Shown: positions 62,454 through 64,000 of the stretch, piece after piece
Layout of the letters: each line of letters starts with the position of its first letter
How positions within the stretch are numbered: the first letter of the stretch is position 1
From: an uncultured Rikenellaceae bacterium
GTDB taxonomy: Bacteria; Bacteroidota; Bacteroidia; Bacteroidales; VadinHA17
Assembly: GCA_964639725.1 (NCBI GenBank)
Contig: CAZXFB010000016.1
Coordinates: 2,054-66,053, forward strand
Direction of reading: 5' to 3'
Length of the DNA: 64,000 nt
Position numbers and translations under genes: made by a program
Notes under the pieces: model-generated
What the model was told of the DNA's origin: nothing
What the model saw: the letters and a program-made list of their open reading frames with translations, nothing else
The model's database searches: none

Positions 62454-64000
62454 ATGATAAATTTCAGTTATACCGTCTGGATCCTTCTGATTCCATTTTT
62501 GATGTTTATCCTTATTGGTCTTGCAGGTCATAAGTTAAGATCGAAGATCTCAGGATTGCTTGGTACCGCTGGTCTGGCATTAATTACAGTTCTTTCATAT
62601 TTTACAGCTTACTCCTACTTCTTTAGCAGCGATAAAATTGATGGGGCTTTTCAAAAGATAACTGCATTCACAATAAACTGGCTCCAACTTACTGATCAAC
62701 TTAATATTGATATTGGAATACTTCTTGATCCGATATCTGTAATGATGCTTGTAGTTATTAGCACAGTATCATTTATGGTTCATATCTACACTCTTGGTTA
62801 CATGAAAGGTGTAAAAGGATTTGAAAGGTTTTTTGCATTTCTCTCACTCTTTAGTTTTTCAATGCTTGGCCTTGTATTGGCGACAAATATTTTCCAGATG
62901 TATATTTTCTGGGAACTGGTTGGAGTATCTTCTTACCTGCTTATAGGATTTTACTATGAGAAACCATCTGCTGTCAGGGCAGCTAAGAAAGCCTTTATTG
63001 TTACCCGGTTTGCAGACCTTGGTTTTCTTATCGGGATTCTCATGCTGTCTTTTAATACCGGGACATTTGATTTTATTACTCTTACCGATCCTGATGGACC
63101 TGCAATTACTCAGAGCGGAGGTACAATGTTTATGGGTCTATCTGTTATTACCTGGTCTATGATCTTTGTATACATGGGAGGAATAGGAAAATCGGCAATG
63201 TTCCCGTTCCATATCTGGCTTCCGGATGCAATGGAGGGTCCCACACCTGTTTCAGCACTTATTCACGCGGCTACGATGGTGGTAGCTGGAGTTTACCTGG
63301 TTGCCAGAATGTTTCCTGTTTATGCCCTGGCTGCGCCTGCTGCTCTTGAAGTTGTTGCTTATGTTGGTGCTTTTTCATCACTCTTTGCAGCAGTTATTGC
63401 CTGTACGCAGACAGACATTAAAAGAGTTCTTGCCTTCTCAACCATGTCACAGATCGGGTATATGATGCTCGCACTTGGAATCTCAGGTTACGGAGGACAT
63501 GAGGGCCTTGGTTATATGGCTTCAATGTTCCATCTCTTTACTCATGCGATGTTCAAAGCACTTCTTTTTCTTGGTGCAGGTGCAATAATCCATGCTGTCC
63601 ACAGCAATTTTATGACAGACATGGGTGGCTTACGAAAATATCTTCCAATAACTCATCTTACTTTCCTAATAGCATGTCTTACCATCTCAGGGATTCCACC
63701 TTTCTCGGGTTTTTACAGTAAGGATGAGATATTGGCTGCAGCATTTCACAGCAATAAATTGCTTTTTGGGATTGAATATTTAGTTGCTGGGCTCACTGCA
63801 TTCTATATGTTCAGACTTTATTTCAATATTTTCTGGGGAAAAGAGACTCATTATCATCACACCCCCCACGAAGCTCCTGCGACAATGACAATTCCACTTA
63901 TTATTCTTGCTTTAGGCTCAGTTTTTTCAGGTTTTATACCTTTCAATGAACTGGTAACAACAGACGGAAAAGCTTTTGAAACCGAGATCGAATGGATAAT
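62454..64000 (+). CDS. nuoL: NADH-quinone oxidoreductase subunit L (partial, runs off the window; absent from the ORF track)
   Basis: Read from ATG 62454 (MINFSYTVWILLIP); contains FWELVG, WLPDAMEGPTPVSALIHAATMV, HAMFKALLFL. Confidence 0.95.
   Translation, partial: MINFSYTVWILLIPFLMFILIGLAGHKLRSKISGLLGTAGLALITVLSYFTAYSYFFSSDKIDGAFQKITAFTINWLQLTDQLNIDIGILLDPISVMMLVVISTVSFMVHIYTLGYMKGVKGFERFFAFLSLFSFSMLGLVLATNIFQMYIFWELVGVSSYLLIGFYYEKPSAVRAAKKAFIVTRFADLGFLIGILMLSFNTGTFDFITLTDPDGPAITQSGGTMFMGLSVITWSMIFVYMGGIGKSAMFPFHIWLPDAMEGPTPVSALIHAATMVVAGVYLVARMFPVYALAAPAALEVVAYVGAFSSLFAAVIACTQTDIKRVLAFSTMSQIGYMMLALGISGYGGHEGLGYMASMFHLFTHAMFKALLFLGAGAIIHAVHSNFMTDMGGLRKYLPITHLTFLIACLTISGIPPFSGFYSKDEILAAAFHSNKLLFGIEYLVAGLTAFYMFRLYFNIFWGKETHYHHTPHEAPATMTIPLIILALGSVFSGFIPFNELVTTDGKAFETEIEWI

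Overview
AT-rich chromosomal segment of an anaerobic Bacteroidales-type bacterium, judged from TAnnTTTG -7 promoter elements and a Bacteroidota-style gene set. It is mostly core genome: typA, a long RelA/SpoT, pyrKD, proC, pta-ackA-ptb-ptb-buk, ggt, rarA, kdsA, queA, truA, an exbB-exbD-exbD-tonB locus and the first part of a nuo operon with no nuoEFG (nuoL is cut by the window edge). RNA genes are tRNA-Lys(TTT), RNase P RNA and a probable Flavo-1-like structured RNA. I saw no transposase, integrase, prophage or CRISPR array. The most striking unexplained structure is a 766-bp non-coding region (22784-23549) carrying at least seven copies of the palindrome TTACA-NN-TGTAA upstream of a small XRE-HTH gene; several copies embed the Bacteroidota -7 promoter element. 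Also notable: a CI-like (non-canonical LexA) repressor divergent from a dinB-dnaE2 cassette with two tandem TGATTA-N5-TAATCA boxes; an ECF sigma/anti-sigma/DUF4252 module; a PstS-like/TPR/ExbBD-TonB locus of unknown function; and an unclassified glycosidase paired with a GH29 next to the tRNA. Family names come from motif recognition and memory, not database searches, and several start codons were moved from the ORF track to more plausible positions.
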